This document shows positions 40,405 through 54,227 of a stretch of DNA of 64,000 nucleotides, one piece after another. The translations under genes and the position numbers were made by a program. Under the pieces are notes generated by a model. That model was not told where the DNA came from. It ran no database searches and was given only the letters and a program-made list of their open reading frames with translations. Numbering within the stretch: the first letter of the stretch is position 1; every line of letters begins with the position of its first letter. The DNA is from Octopus vulgaris (Eukaryota): contig OX597818.1 of assembly GCA_951406725.2 (NCBI GenBank), positions 21,080,001 to 21,144,000 on the forward strand, read 5' to 3'.

Positions 40405-40464
40405 GCTACACTGAAGAGAGAAGTAAGTAATTAAAACATTTTAATCTCGAAACGCGTATGTGGC
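40405..40464 (+). ncRNA. Minimal type I hammerhead ribozyme
   Basis: Stem I GCTACA/TGTGGC; core CTGAAGA (40411-40417); stem II GAGA/TCTC; GAAA; palindromic stem III ACGCGT; GUA cleavage triplet (40456-40458). Confidence 0.75.
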
Positions 40465-40888
40465 TAATCGGAGTCGTGTTGATTCATTGTTTTTCTCTTT
40501 GCCTACGTAAAAAAAGTGTGTTACTGTTGTGGAGATTCTTACAGTAGTAGAAAAGGAATTTTTAACTCCTATTTCTAAATTCGGTATGTGGTGAAGCAAT
40601 TAGCTGACCCCTAATTATAATTGTGTTTATAATTATAGAATATTTGTATAATTTTACCTAAAAAGGTTATTTTAAAGTACCGATCTACTTGGTAAAATTA
40701 TTAATTAATTGATTGATTAATTAGTTTAATTAATTAATTTTACCCTTTTATTATTAAATACATAATAACATATACCTGCATATGCATATAATACCCCGAT
40801 ACACACATTTTAGCTTACAAGTAAGAGGGTAAAAAAACCATTCAGTATAGAAGTAGATTGTAATTATTTATTGTAATGTTAAGATTGC

Positions 40889-41120
40889 GGAGGCGCGTGG
40901 CTTAGTGGTTAGGGTGTCAGCACCATGATTGTAAGTCCTGGACCGGGCGACACGTTGTGTTCTAGAGCAAAACACTTCATTTCACGTTGCTCCAGTCCAC
41001 TCAGCTGGCAAAAATGAGTAACGCTGCGATGGATTGGCGTCCCGTCCAGCTGGGGAATACATACGCCATAGAAACCGGGAAACCGGGCCCATAATCCTGG
41101 CTAGGCTTTAAAAAGGGCGC
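40889..41120 (+). mobile_element. tRNA-derived SINE family B
   Basis: A box TGGCTTAGTGG; flanking AATGTTAAGATTG duplicated on both sides; relatives at 53520-53800, 58380-58690 and 61142-61440 have B-box GGTTTCGATTCC or GGTTCAAATC. Confidence 0.85.
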
Positions 41121-41329
41121 ATTTTATTATTTTTATTTAATGTTAAGATTGCTCGCAGCTTCGCGAGTCTCGCAGCTCAAGTAAAATGTACATGTGTATT
41201 TATTTACTTTGATGCTTTGGTTTCAACCAGAATCAATGCTTTAGACTTCGACGCTTTGATGCTTTAGGTTTCGACCAGAATTGACCCAGGCCATGACTAT
41301 CTCAATAGCACCATCTGAAGAAGACATTT

Positions 41330-42150
41330 AACCTGGTTCATACTATAGTCATACTTTGGGTACCATAGCCCATTCGAGTAAAGATTTATTGTTTGCAGAG
41401 GTATATCTGAGTAAAAGTGGCTTATCTGGAATTTTTGGGAGGAATTCCTTCAAGAGCTTTTGAATGTTATGGGGTATTTTCCGCCGTTGTGTCTTGGCAT
41501 GATGTTAAGGTGAGCAGGGCCAATTGAGGTGAAATAGTTCTGTTCATAGTGTTGGGATGCGATTTTTATAGAAAGTGGATGGCATGAGGATCAAGCCTTG
41601 AGTGAATTTTGAAGTTGGTGCTAACATGATTTGGACAATATTAATGAAATATTTTCCACATTATACAAACGATATTGCGCTCACGGCGGCGTTGGTGGGA
41701 GAGTTTGAGATTTTTTTTATTGCTCTTTAGAGTGCTCCAATTTTTATAATACTGTGTTACGTGTAGAGAGACCATAGCAGACAACATTACTGAAGGTGAG
41801 GACGAGCGAAGGTAAGGAAGAGAAGGACAATAGTAAGAGCATCCCTTGACCGAAAAATTCCGAAGGACCTAGGAGCATTGCCTGCGGACCATGTCACCTT
41901 TGATATGGGCATTCCAGCTTAAATTGTTATCGACAATTACTCCGAAGTCTCAATTTGTGTTTAATGCCACGAGGGTTTCGCGCTGAGGGAAAAGTATAAA
42001 GTAGTTTAAGTGCAGCTTCTTTTCTGAAGTGGATTAGTTCAAATTTATCTTCTTTTACCGACATATTGTGCTTTTTTACCCAATTGGATAACAACGAATA
42101 GATCCGATTGGAGATATGTCCAGCTTCCTTTGTGTTGACGACCTTCAGAA
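41330..42150 (-). mobile_element. CR1/L2-like LINE 3' fragment, decayed
   Basis: LSNWVKKHNM..KFELIHF..DFGVIVDNNLSWNAHI. Confidence 0.65.
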
Positions 42151-42194
42151 ACTTACAATATCTGCGAAAATTTATATAGTGCCTGTATGTATAT

Positions 42195-42515
42195 CGACTG
42201 TGTGGTTAAGAAGGTCGCTTTGCAACCACGGAGTTTAAGATTCAGTCCTACTGCGTTGCAAGTGTATTCCACTATAGCACTGGACTGACGAATGGCTTGA
42301 GTGAATTTGGTAGACGGAAACTGTGGAAGCGCGTCGTAAATATGCGTGGGTATGTCGTTGTCTTTGTGCTTGCCTCCACCGCTTGACAACCAGTCTTGAT
42401 TTGCTTACGTCCTCATAACTTAACGGTTCGACCAAAGACAAGTACAGGGGTTGATTTGTTTGACTAAGCACTGCAAGCACAAGGCTGAAGTCCAATGAGT
42501 GAAACAAGTAAAAAA
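42195..42515 (+). mobile_element. SINE family A, diverged
   Basis: TGTGGTTAAGAAG..GAATTTGGTAGACGGAAACTG..TGAAACAAGTAAAA. Confidence 0.7.
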
Positions 42516-43074
42516 AGGTATGTGTGCGCGCCTGTGCATGTGTTTGTGTGCACGCGCGTGAAAGTATTTGCATATATTGTCTGTACGTATGTTCGAGTGA
42601 AAGTGTGTGACCCAGTGATAAGGTTGTTAGGCACAAGATCATGACATTGTGGGCTTTATCTTGTACTACGCTGGTTGTTATGTCCTTGAGCAAAACGTTT
42701 CATTTCGCGTTGCGCCAGTCTTTTCAGCTAAGAATGATTACCAGCATACTGCTGGTGCTACCTTCAGTCGCTCCAGCTTGCACATCGTCAAATCCTTGAA
42801 GAGTTGTAAAATTGTAAGATTGCACACACACACACACACACACACCAAAGATAGCAAATTTCTAAAATAATATTTCATATAGTTATATGATATTTACTGC
42901 ATTTCTATATTCTTTTAACCGTTACGTTCAGCGTACAGTATATATATATATATATATATTTCCAATATCGTATACCTATAAAATATTAACTCATATGATC
43001 GATTAACTCAATCAGTTAAAATAGACATTCTTCCTTCCTTTCGGTACGGTTTAACGAGGGTTTCACTGCATGTA

Positions 43075-43157
<83 letters not shown>

Positions 43158-43245
43158 CTGCGCCTGCGTATATGTCTGTGCATCAGTTTGTATGTAGGGT
43201 CATGTCTGCAGGTTTCTATGTGTGTAAGATATAAAAACAGACAAG

Positions 43246-43378
<133 letters not shown>

Positions 43379-43387
43379 GGATGGATG

Positions 43388-43441
<54 letters not shown>

Positions 43442-43508
43442 TAGATACATAGATAGAGAGATAGACAGATAGATATACATAGATAGATAGATAGATAGAT
43501 AGACAGAC

Positions 43509-43579
<71 letters not shown>

Positions 43580-43908
43580 GACAGACAGGTATCTCCTTAG
43601 CTGACTACCTTTATATTGCATATCTCTCTCAAAATTGACCAAGACACAAGATTGCCTTGTATGTCTGGGTGTCTGCTGATGTGAGATATCCGTGTCCGTG
43701 TCAAGAACCTTCTCCTACATGTAGAGGCGCGTATGAGGTAAAGCACTTGGGCTACTGGTACCTCTCTAGCTTTCTGTTGTGATTGCTTCTTCTCGGTAGC
43801 AGCAGTTCTATTTTGTTTTTAACGATCTGGGCACCAGTGTGAATTGAACAGCATCAATTGGGTCGTTTTTGAGCAAGCATCTGCTACATACATACATACA
43901 TATATACA

Positions 43909-43942
<34 letters not shown>

Positions 43943-43964
43943 CATACATACATACATACATACA

Positions 43965-43998
<34 letters not shown>

Positions 43999-44120
43999 CA
44001 TACATACATACACGCACATACGAACAAAACACAAACGTAAACATCACATTAAATACACTCGTTCATTTGCTCACACATTCACACAGACAGACAAACAGAT
44101 AGATAGATAGATAGATAGAC

Positions 44121-44227
<107 letters not shown>

Positions 44228-44264
44228 CAGATAGATAGACAGACAGATAGATAGACAGATAGAC

Positions 44265-44349
<85 letters not shown>

Positions 44350-44390
44350 CATAGATAGATAGATAGATAGATAGACAGACAGATAGATAG

Positions 44391-44450
<60 letters not shown>

Positions 44451-44478
44451 CAGATAGATAGACAGACAGATAGAAGAC

Positions 44479-44558
<80 letters not shown>

Positions 44559-46923
44559 CATATTCGGAAGGAAGACACTTCGCGTTGGCGCATTTCTGTG
44601 TGTATGTATATGGGTTATTGTGTGAGTATGTGCGTATGTACAGTTTTACATCAGTTTATGTTTATTTTTGACTGTATAGAGAATGAAAGAAATAAGCGAG
44701 AAAAACGAAATGAGAGAAATAACAGGATGCGTGTGTATGTGTGTGTGTGTGGGTGTGTGCCTGTGTGTCGATTGGATAATGCAAGTGTGTTGAAGAGATG
44801 CGCGAAGGAGGAAAAGAGAGAGAATGAGAACAAGAACAGAAGGAAGATAGAAAGATAAACATAAATAAAAAGAGAGGAATAAAAAGTAGGAAAGGGATAT
44901 AGCAAGACAAGAGAAGACGGATACAATAGAGAGATGGGAGGAAAAAAAGAATATACACAAACACACACATTATGTACATATATATATATATATATACACA
45001 ATGAGCGTGGAAAGAGTAACGGAGCGAGAGTTGTAAGTAGAGACATAGATAGACAGAGAGAGAGAGAGAGAGAGAAAGAAAGAGTGTGCATGCGCGCGTT
45101 CGTGTGTATGCGTATGTGTAATGGTAGGAAACTGAGAGAAAAGGTAATAACAAGGTAGAAAAGAGATGTAAGCTAGTGATATCAAGGTATAAAAAGAAAA
45201 CTGATAAACATGGTAGAAAAAAGGGGAAACATGTATTTGTGTGTGTGTGTGTGTGTCTGTCTGTCTGTCTATGTGAGTGTGTACGTGCGTATATGTGTGT
45301 AGTGTTTGTGGTAACAAGGTAGAAAAAGCTGTGTGCGAGTGTCTGTGTGTGAGAGAGATAGGTAGAATAGAAAGGAAAGACAGTGATAGCCAGGTACAAA
45401 AATGAAAGAGAACGTGTGTGTGTATATGTATTTCAGTGTTGTGAGTTATAGGTTTACGAACATGAAGAGAAAGAGAAAGAGAGAGAGAGAGAGAAGAAAC
45501 TAATGAATGAAAAAGAAAAATAAAGAGAGAAACAGAGTAAGCGTGTCTGTGTGTTATAATGTATATCTGTGTGAGATGGAAAAAAAAAACTGACAGAAAG
45601 TGCGAACGAACGAAAAGATATGGAATGGCAGAGAAAGATCAAGTGAAACAGAGAGGGGGAGCTTCGCGTATTTGTGCGAAAGTGTAAGTCAGTGTGTGTG
45701 TGTGCTTGTGTGTGTGTTCGTGTGTGTGTGTAAGTCATATGTTAATGTGTTTGTGTGTGCGTATTTGTGTGTAAAGTACCAGTCAAGTACTGAGGTCGAT
45801 GTAATCAACTAAACCTCTTCCCCCCTCTAATTACTGGCCTTGTACCAAAATTTGAAACAATAATTCGAGTGTTAATAGATGAAAGAGAAAAGGTATGGAA
45901 TGGAGTTAGTGAGAGAGGCTGCAAAATTAATAGAGGAGAAAGCGGATAAGAATCTGCTTGCAAAGCATGTGTTTGTACGTTTGAATACGAGTGTGTATGC
46001 ACGCGCGCATAAGGGCATGTGTATGTATGTCTATGCGATTTGATATGTGTGCTTGAGTTCCTCTGTGTTTGTGTGAGGGCGAGAGGGGAAGGAAGAGAAG
46101 AGAGTGCAGCGACAAAAGTATACGTATGCGTGTGTTCCCCTCCCTCCCCCGCATATTTATACACACTCTTGAATATGTTGGTCAGAAGAAGTGTAAGTGT
46201 TCGAGTGAGAACCGTTTGAAAGAAGAAACTAGCGGTGGAGCAAGGAATGATTTCTACTTTCTTTCGCACGCCAATTTTATCTGTCTGTCTATCTAGCAGT
46301 TTATCTATCGATTAATTGATCCACCTATCTATGTATCTATTTATCTCTTTCGTTCTTTACATCAAATAAGCAAAGCAATTATTGAAACTAATATATATAC
46401 ATACCAAAAAAAAAAAAAAGTATCACGAAAAAAAAGACAACTAAAAAAAAATTTAATATCTCTTTCATATATATATATACACGCACAGATGCGCGCACAT
46501 ACACAAACCCCACAGGTAGCTATATCTACGTACATAAATGATATACATGTATGCTGTGCCCGATTAAGGAATACGCATTGAAATTAAAGGATATATTTAC
46601 TACACAACATCGAAAATACCACTACCTCTATCACGACTATCATCAGCAATAACAACGGCAACATCATTATTATCACCAGGAACATATAAATACTACACAC
46701 TTTTGTGAATGTATGTGAGTAAAGAAGGAAAGAAAAGTGAGGAGAGAAATTGTGGGGGAGAGAAAAGCAAAGTTACAGAGCCAAAGAGCTGAGAAGCAGT
46801 CTTATATAGATTAAGCAATATTATACATACACACATATATATCAATATATACACAATATATAAGATTGACAATAACAAGACGAACACAACAAAAGAGCCT
46901 GGAATTTTAGCAGCTTGCGAAAA

Positions 46924-47090
46924 ATGGCAGCCACTTTTCGAATGACTGTTGGAATGCGTAAGAGGCATAAAGATGTGCCCGTGTTCTTCAAACAGGATGG
47001 TAAACGTTTTCCTCTCTCCAAGACTGTGAAACTCAACGTCAACACACCTTACAATGTGATTATTGCCCTGGAACCGCCAAGACTATTGGA
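46924..47090 (+). CDS. CNRIP1: First coding exon of a CB1 cannabinoid receptor-interacting protein 1 (CRIP1a) homologue
   Basis: MAATFRMTVGMRKRHKDVPVFFKQDGKRFPLSKTVKLNVNTPYNVIIALEPPRLL(E) aligns with the human N-terminus as recalled ([26 protein letters not shown]); AAAATGG start context; phase-2 donor GA|GTAAGT. Confidence 0.88.
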
Positions 47091-50000
47091 GTAAGTACCC
47101 CCCAAAATAATAACAATATAAACAGCACTAACACAAGTACCATAAATGTATGTATGCACACATGTATATATATAATACATACATATATATATGTATATAT
47201 ATACACACACACACACATAGGTACATGTTTTTAATATAAACAAATTCACAGACGTTCACATTACATGCTGGTAGATATTTGTTGAGTATATGCACATACA
47301 TACATATATTACATACAAACTCATACATACATGAATAATAAACATTTAGTTAATGTTAAATATCGTCACCCATTTCATTTGAAAATTAGTATTATAAACA
47401 AACAACTCGAGTATATTTTTCTAATTTACAACACTGTAAATGACAATATTTCTTCACTGATTTACATACTTTCTTTTCTCTATTTTTCCCTTTTTTTTTC
47501 TTTTAACTCTTACTGAAATTAGTTGCATGTATATATTTGTATATACACGCCTGCATGTTGTTCAATAAAAACAATTGCAGTACAAATTCATCCGTAAATC
47601 CAACGAGAAATTAAATTAGTTTTATTATTATTTTTTATTATTTTGCGAAAGCCATCGATGTTACCACTTCCTCCTAAAAAAAAAATTAAGTTATTTCGGT
47701 TGTTGTCATTGATAATTTAGGCGACAGAATTTAAAATTCACCTATCTAATATGATATTGTTATTGTTTGCCAGAGGGTGACGAGGTTAAGCTCACTCACT
47801 CCCTTCTTTGCTTGCTAATGTTCCTTCACTGGAAAAGCATTATCATCACAAAATCACCATTGCACCCCTCCCCAACCAACTTCTTTCTCTAACATGTTGG
47901 CGCCTTTGCGTATTCCAAGAATGAAACCTGTTTTCAGTTTGGTTTCGAAAACCCAGTAAGCGAACCATTTCAGTCCACGATGGCTTCAACTTGGTTAATA
48001 ATGGATTTGGAAAGGAAAAAGGCATAAACGTCAAACAATCCCATTATAGCTGCACCTGATACCTTAAGCGTTAGGTGCTTTCATTTAAATTCTTAATTAT
48101 AGTAGAGGTTTATTTCTCTATTCAAACTTCATTTTTTTCTCTCGCATTTCATTCATTCATTCGTCTCGCTTTTCCCTTTATTTTTACTATATTTCTCTTC
48201 GTTGTTTCAACCCCCCTTCATGTCTTTCGTTATTTCATCTTTTTGCTTACTCGCCTCCTTGCTTTTCTTTTGTTTTTTTCTTCTTTGATTCTCTCCTTTC
48301 TAAACTTTCTTGCAAGCTTGCTGTTTTTTTTTTTTTGTTTTTTTTTTTTAACTTTCATTTTGTACCAGTTCTTTCTGGTGATCTTTCGTTCTTTGGTTTC
48401 ATTTATTTCCCTGTTATTACTGATCTTTGATGCTGCTGTTATTTATATAGTTGCTGTTTAAGATCCAGCTAGAGATGTAATCAAAGGTATTCATTCCAGC
48501 CGTAACCAGCTCGTCTTTTTCCTCTCTCTCTCTTTCGCACACATACACACACACACTTTTTTAATTTTTATACCTAGTATTCTGTGACTTCATTACTCAG
48601 TGTATCTTGCCTTTTGAAGACTAGTGTGTAATTTCAGTGAGATTTAGTTGTTATTTCTACCAGGTCTAATGACCGCAAGTTGGTTCGGTGATGGTGTTGC
48701 TAATGTTTACCTTTCATCCTCCATTTCAGCTCTTACCATTTATCACTATCCAAATGTCTCTTGTTTTTAAAATATTAGAATGTGATTGCTATTTCTAGAA
48801 TTTCAGACAACTGCATAAACGAACTCTTGTTGGCTCGATCATGTTAATGATATTTTAAAGTGATTTACCGTTTATTTGTTGCTAAAGATGTTTTGTGCTT
48901 ATTGCTAATAGATTTTCATTCATTTATGCTAGATTTATTATTAGTATGATTGCTTTGTTATTGTTTACCCTCACTGTCTCTATCAGATTTAATTTGTTAA
49001 AAGCATTCCAGTTGTGACCATCTCGTCATTTTGAACACCTGGGATTATATTATCCAGTATATACCTTCTTTTTTTTAATGTGTTTGCTTGTGATGTGAGA
49101 GAGATTTAGCTGCTATTTCTAGCAAGGCGAGCTAACGCGTTGATGTTATTGATGTAGTTATGTGTATTTATTTAGTTATAAATATTTGGGGGAAAATTCT
49201 TCAGCTGTCCTTTCCATTCCTTTCGAGTTCCTGAAAAGGAACCTAGAGTTCTTGTGTGTGTGTGTGTAATACATACATTTAAACATTTACACACGTACGG
49301 AGGCTGACATACCAATATAAGTGTATACACGCAATAAGTCACACTTTCAGAATATAAAGTGCATTATAAGGACCACAACAGACGTACCTTGAGCAAAATA
49401 TTTAAACAGCAATAATGAATATTGTGTGAAATGTTGCATAAACTGTTCACACGCGCGCACGCGCATATAATGTTTGCAGTATACGCATACACGCTCGCAC
49501 ACGTATGTATGTATATATGCGTGTATATATATGAATGAAATATATACACGCACCTCAGTAAGCAATGGCCATACAGACTATGCATCCATCCAATAATATA
49601 CATCTCTGCAGCTTTTACTGATTTATTTATTCGTATAATATTTTATTATTTTTATTTGTTCGTCTACTCAAAGATGTGTATCGATGCGACCACCCTACCT
49701 TTCAGTCGTATGGCCTTTGCATTCATGGCCAGCTCTCTTTGTTTACCATTGTCATCGCCGTTGACATCATTATCATCGTTGTTTTTCAACATCATCTCCA
49801 ACACCAACGACGGCCACCAATATCGTTGCTGATAACACTGCTACTATTAAAGAAAGCATTATTATCATTATTATAACAAACCATTATTAACCTTTATTAA
49901 TATTATTTATCAACTTAATATATCAATTCATCCACATCATCTTTATCATTCATCCTCAACATCATCATCATCATGACACAAACACCAATCGTAATCATTG

Positions 50001-51560
50001 CCGCCACCAATAATAAACCACAACACCAGTACTGTAAACACCATCATCGTTTCTCAGTAACTCCATTGCCACCACAGCTACTGCCACCTTCATCACTACA
50101 AGCTATATCTCCTCCTCACATCACCACTACTATGCTATATAATTCTATCATTATTACTATCGTCGTATCAACTGTACATTGCACAAATGGTATTGATAAG
50201 GAAGAATTATTTATTTATTTTGTACTATTATCCAATAATTCAAACATAGACACATTCCCCCCCTCTTTCTCTTACTCTCTCATACAAATATATATGCTTG
50301 TACATGCGTTTCTCTGTGTGTGTTTATCTGAATTTGTGCCGTGTGTGTATATATCAACTACTCACGTTATAGTTCAGTGAGTAGCAGTTCAATTAATCGA
50401 ACAACTACAAAAATTATCCACAAAACTGATGGAGATCCAGACTATGGATGTGTGTGTGCGCACACACACACACACACATTGAGTGTATTTTTATACATAA
50501 ATTCTGTAAATAAGAAGTGACATAAATACATGATTAGTATATACACGACATCATTCATTCATTCACACATACACACACACATTATATATATAATGGCGGT
50601 GCCCCAGCATGGCCACGATCTCATGACTGGAACAAGTGAAAGATAAAAGGTGTATGTCTTTTGTGCTGAGTTTATTGTTGCTACTCGGAGTTATGCAATT
50701 ACTCATTGATCATAATTGGAATCTGGGCTACAAGGCGCAGTGTATATATGAAAGCAATCGCAATATTAAACTCTACTTATGGTATTGAGTACTTAACCTC
50801 ATGTTTGTAAGTTCAAACGTACACACACAAAGACTAATTAAGTTAATATGTGTATGTATAATAAGCATATATTTAGTTTGTTTATTAAATGCACACAAAC
50901 TTATTTATCTACAAACACTGTCTCACTACCTTAGGTAAGTGTGCATATGTGTGTGCAGGTATGTGCACACGCCTGAATACACACACACACACACACACAC
51001 AGAGAAAGACAGTCAGAGATGTAAGAGGGAGAAAATGCCCCTACAAGAAAGACAGACAGATATGTAAGAGGGAGAGAATGGTGTGTGTATGTGCGAATGA
51101 GGGTTTATGTATTTCCCTCCAAACAAAATCTAATCTAATATGGCCAATTGCATTAGGACAGATTGGATGTCAATGAAGAGCTGAAATGGAAAGAGGGAAT
51201 ATTGTTGTTACCATGATGGTGGTGTTTGTAAAGCTGATGATGTTGGTTGGGGTTGTTTTAGGAAATACAGCCATAATTTTGTTTGTATGAAAGGCTATAT
51301 ATATATATGAGTTGATCTGTGAGAGCGTGACTATATATACATATGTATGTCTGTGTGTGTACATATGCACATACATACATAGAGAGAGAAGGAGCTGAAT
51401 AAATTTTTTGTATGTATGATTGTACGCATGAATTTGTAAATGTGTTTGTTTAAATAAACAATCGGATCGTGGAAGTCCTTAAATAAGAATGTATGATGTA
51501 TATCATACATTCTTAGATAATTTACTACAATTTTGTAATCACACACATATATAAAATCAT

Positions 51561-51720
51561 TTAATGTACACTATATAAAGATAAGAGCTACTAATAGTTT
51601 GTCTTCATAGCGAGAAACTGTTAGTAGCTCTTATCTTTATAGTGTACATTAAGTATGATATTTATCTCTCACTGGATGGAATAATTTTTTTGTTGATCTT
51701 ACCTTAACGGAAGAGTAAAC
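51561..51720 (+). repeat. Fold-back palindrome (~38-bp arms) with unique tail; probable PLE pLTR derivative
   Basis: 51561-51600 vs 51615-51652 (one mismatch, one 2-nt indel); right arm begins GAAAC-TGTTA-GTA. Confidence 0.8.
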
Positions 51721-52999
51721 TGTGTGAGTATGTGTGTGTTTTATCTGCAAATTATAACCTAAAAATGTTGAAGTTGAACATAAACCGCATTATAACCGCA
51801 TTATTCCCGATCCAGCGAAGATCGTTGGCACTGCTTCTCTGAGCAAAAAAAATGTGCGTGTTTGTGGAGAGATGAGAAATAATCTCTAGGATCTAAAAAT
51901 CATTAATACAATTTGTATAATAAGATGAGCTTGCGTGTGGTGGGGAGAGTTGGGGTTCTTACGTTTTGAGCAGAGATCTTATGTATAATAACATGTTCAC
52001 TAAACTTGTGCCTCATCTTTTATCATTGAAAATCTATTAAAAACCTTCCTTCCAAGTTGCTCCAAAGTCATCACTGATCAGTCAATTGCTGAACCCTCTT
52101 CTAAGCTCAACTAAGACCTACTTCTGAGTAGTGCTCACGTTTATGGGACGGTAGCTGCTTTTGACATATATCCTAAACCACATCCAGAGGTTCACTCACC
52201 AGTACGCTATTTGCTCGCAACCTTCCCCCTCCCTCCCTCTCTAATATCTAGTGGCATAACTTCTCCACACAAAACTACCTGTCTCATCTTTCACACTCTG
52301 TTTCAATTACTTCCGTTCTTCTTCCACAAAACGTCAACAGCCTGGATTTTTGTTTCACCATCCATGCAGACATTAACCTAAAAATAACTATTCGAGCTGA
52401 TCATCAGCTGCATCAGTCTCAGTAGAACGGGAGGTTGGTTTGTAAAGGTTTTAGACACTGTTCCTTCTCTCTTACGGTACTGGGGTCAATTTGATTAACT
52501 TCTAAAACTTACACATGTATCTATGACTACGTAGTGTGTGTATATTGTATCCATTCAAATATACATTTTCTATATCATGCATATAACATATTTATGTTAA
52601 ATCCATTAGTCATACGACAGTTTTGTCCGTGTCCCTCACAGCATCATTAACAGTAATCACCTTGTTTCAAAGATTAAGGAACTAAGTATGTTTCTATAAC
52701 AACTGTCGCGCTCACAATATTGTGTATGTGAGTATGTTTGCAAGTGTACATGTTTTGATTGGGAATATATTGATTTGTGTGACATTAACAAAATGTCTCA
52801 AATTCGGGGGCTGTTTATAGTTGGTTATGTTGACTTCGGCACTTGATTAGCCTTATATTCTATTGGTCCCAGAAGGGATTAAGGACAATGTTGAACGCAG
52901 AAAGTAAAGAGACAACCCACCACTAAGATATATATTAACATGGTGTCCATTTGATGTATCCTAGACGTCTGAAACTTTCTCATATTTTTCTCAATAGAA

Positions 53000-53400
53000 A
53001 CATTAGCACGCTGGGCGAAATTCCTAGCGGTATTTCATCTGCCGTTACGTTGTGAGTTCAAATCCCGCCGAGGCCGACTTTGCCTTTCATCCTTTCGGGG
53101 TCGATAAATTAAGTATCAGTTACGCACTGGGGTCGATGTAATCGGCTTAATACCTATGTCTGTCCTTGTTTGTCCCGTCTATGTTTAGCCCCTTGTGGAT
53201 AATAAAGAAATAGGTATTTCATCTGCTGTTACGTTCTGAGTTCAAATTCCGCCTAGTTCGACTTTGCCTTTCATCCTTTCGGGGTTGATTAAATAAGTAC
53301 CAATTACGCACTGGGATCGATGTAATCGACTTAATCCCTTTGCCTTTGTTTGTCCCCTCTACGTTTAGGCCCCTGTGGGTAATAAAAAAAATAAACCTTT
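53000..53400 (+). mobile_element. SINE family C with tandem body duplication
   Basis: GGTATTTCATCTGC..GAGTTCAAAT..GCCCCT unit repeated at 53029 and 53212. Confidence 0.8.
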
Positions 53401-53829
53401 TAACGGCATGTATATACTATTTTGACAATATATCGCTAAATGTCCATTTTCAAGGTCTTTCACAATATCTTCATACTAATCATTGTGGTTGGCACGAATA
53501 TAAAAATCATGACAATTCGGAGGTGGGGCATGGTCTAGTGGTTAAGGTGTTGCTCTCACGATTGTAAGATCTTGGTTTCGATTCCCAGATCGGCTATATG
53601 TTGTGTTATTGAACAAAACACTTAATTTCATGCTGCTGCTACAGTTCACTCAACTGTAAATGGTTAATCCTTCGACGAACTGGCGTTCTGTTCAGAGGAG
53701 ATGTTGACTTGCTTGCTTAGCTAGGTGGGTGGCACCGTTCGAAAGCTAACAACAATATAAAGAAGTGCATTGTGACCTGCGATGTATAACAACATACGAT
53801 ACAGTTGGTGATACAGGGATATATATATA

Positions 53830-54012
53830 TATAATACAATAATACAAAATGGGACAAGAACGCAAAAACTTCCGGACAGTTAGGTGATACAAAAATGGGA
53901 CAACAAAACATCCAAATAGACGATACAAAGAAAACAAGCACGGGTCATTCGAAGTTTTCTTTCCTCAGTCGAGTACCAGATTATCTTCGCAATTTCGGCT
54001 GATTATACTCGA
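53830..54012 (-). mobile_element. PLE-like terminal fragment with hammerhead half-sites
   Basis: Minus strand CCGAAA-TTGCGAAGATA..TCGA-CTGAGGA-AAGAAAACTTC-GAA. Confidence 0.45.
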
Positions 54013-54185
54013 GGGTGTTTGCGGTGGGGTGGGGGGTTGTTTCCTACTTTTCGCTCATGGTGGAGTCTTATAGTGTCTAACACACCTTTCCCCCACCTTA
54101 GTGCATTCCCAATTCCCAAACCCATTTCTATGCGTGTGAAGAAAAGAAAAAAGAAACTTAATTTTTTTGTTGTCTAGTTAAATTG

Positions 54186-54227
<42 letters not shown>

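Noticed and set aside
40691-40745. AT-rich inverted repeat GGTAAAATTA..TAATTTTACC
   Set aside because: Low-complexity TTAA repeats make self-complementarity likely by chance
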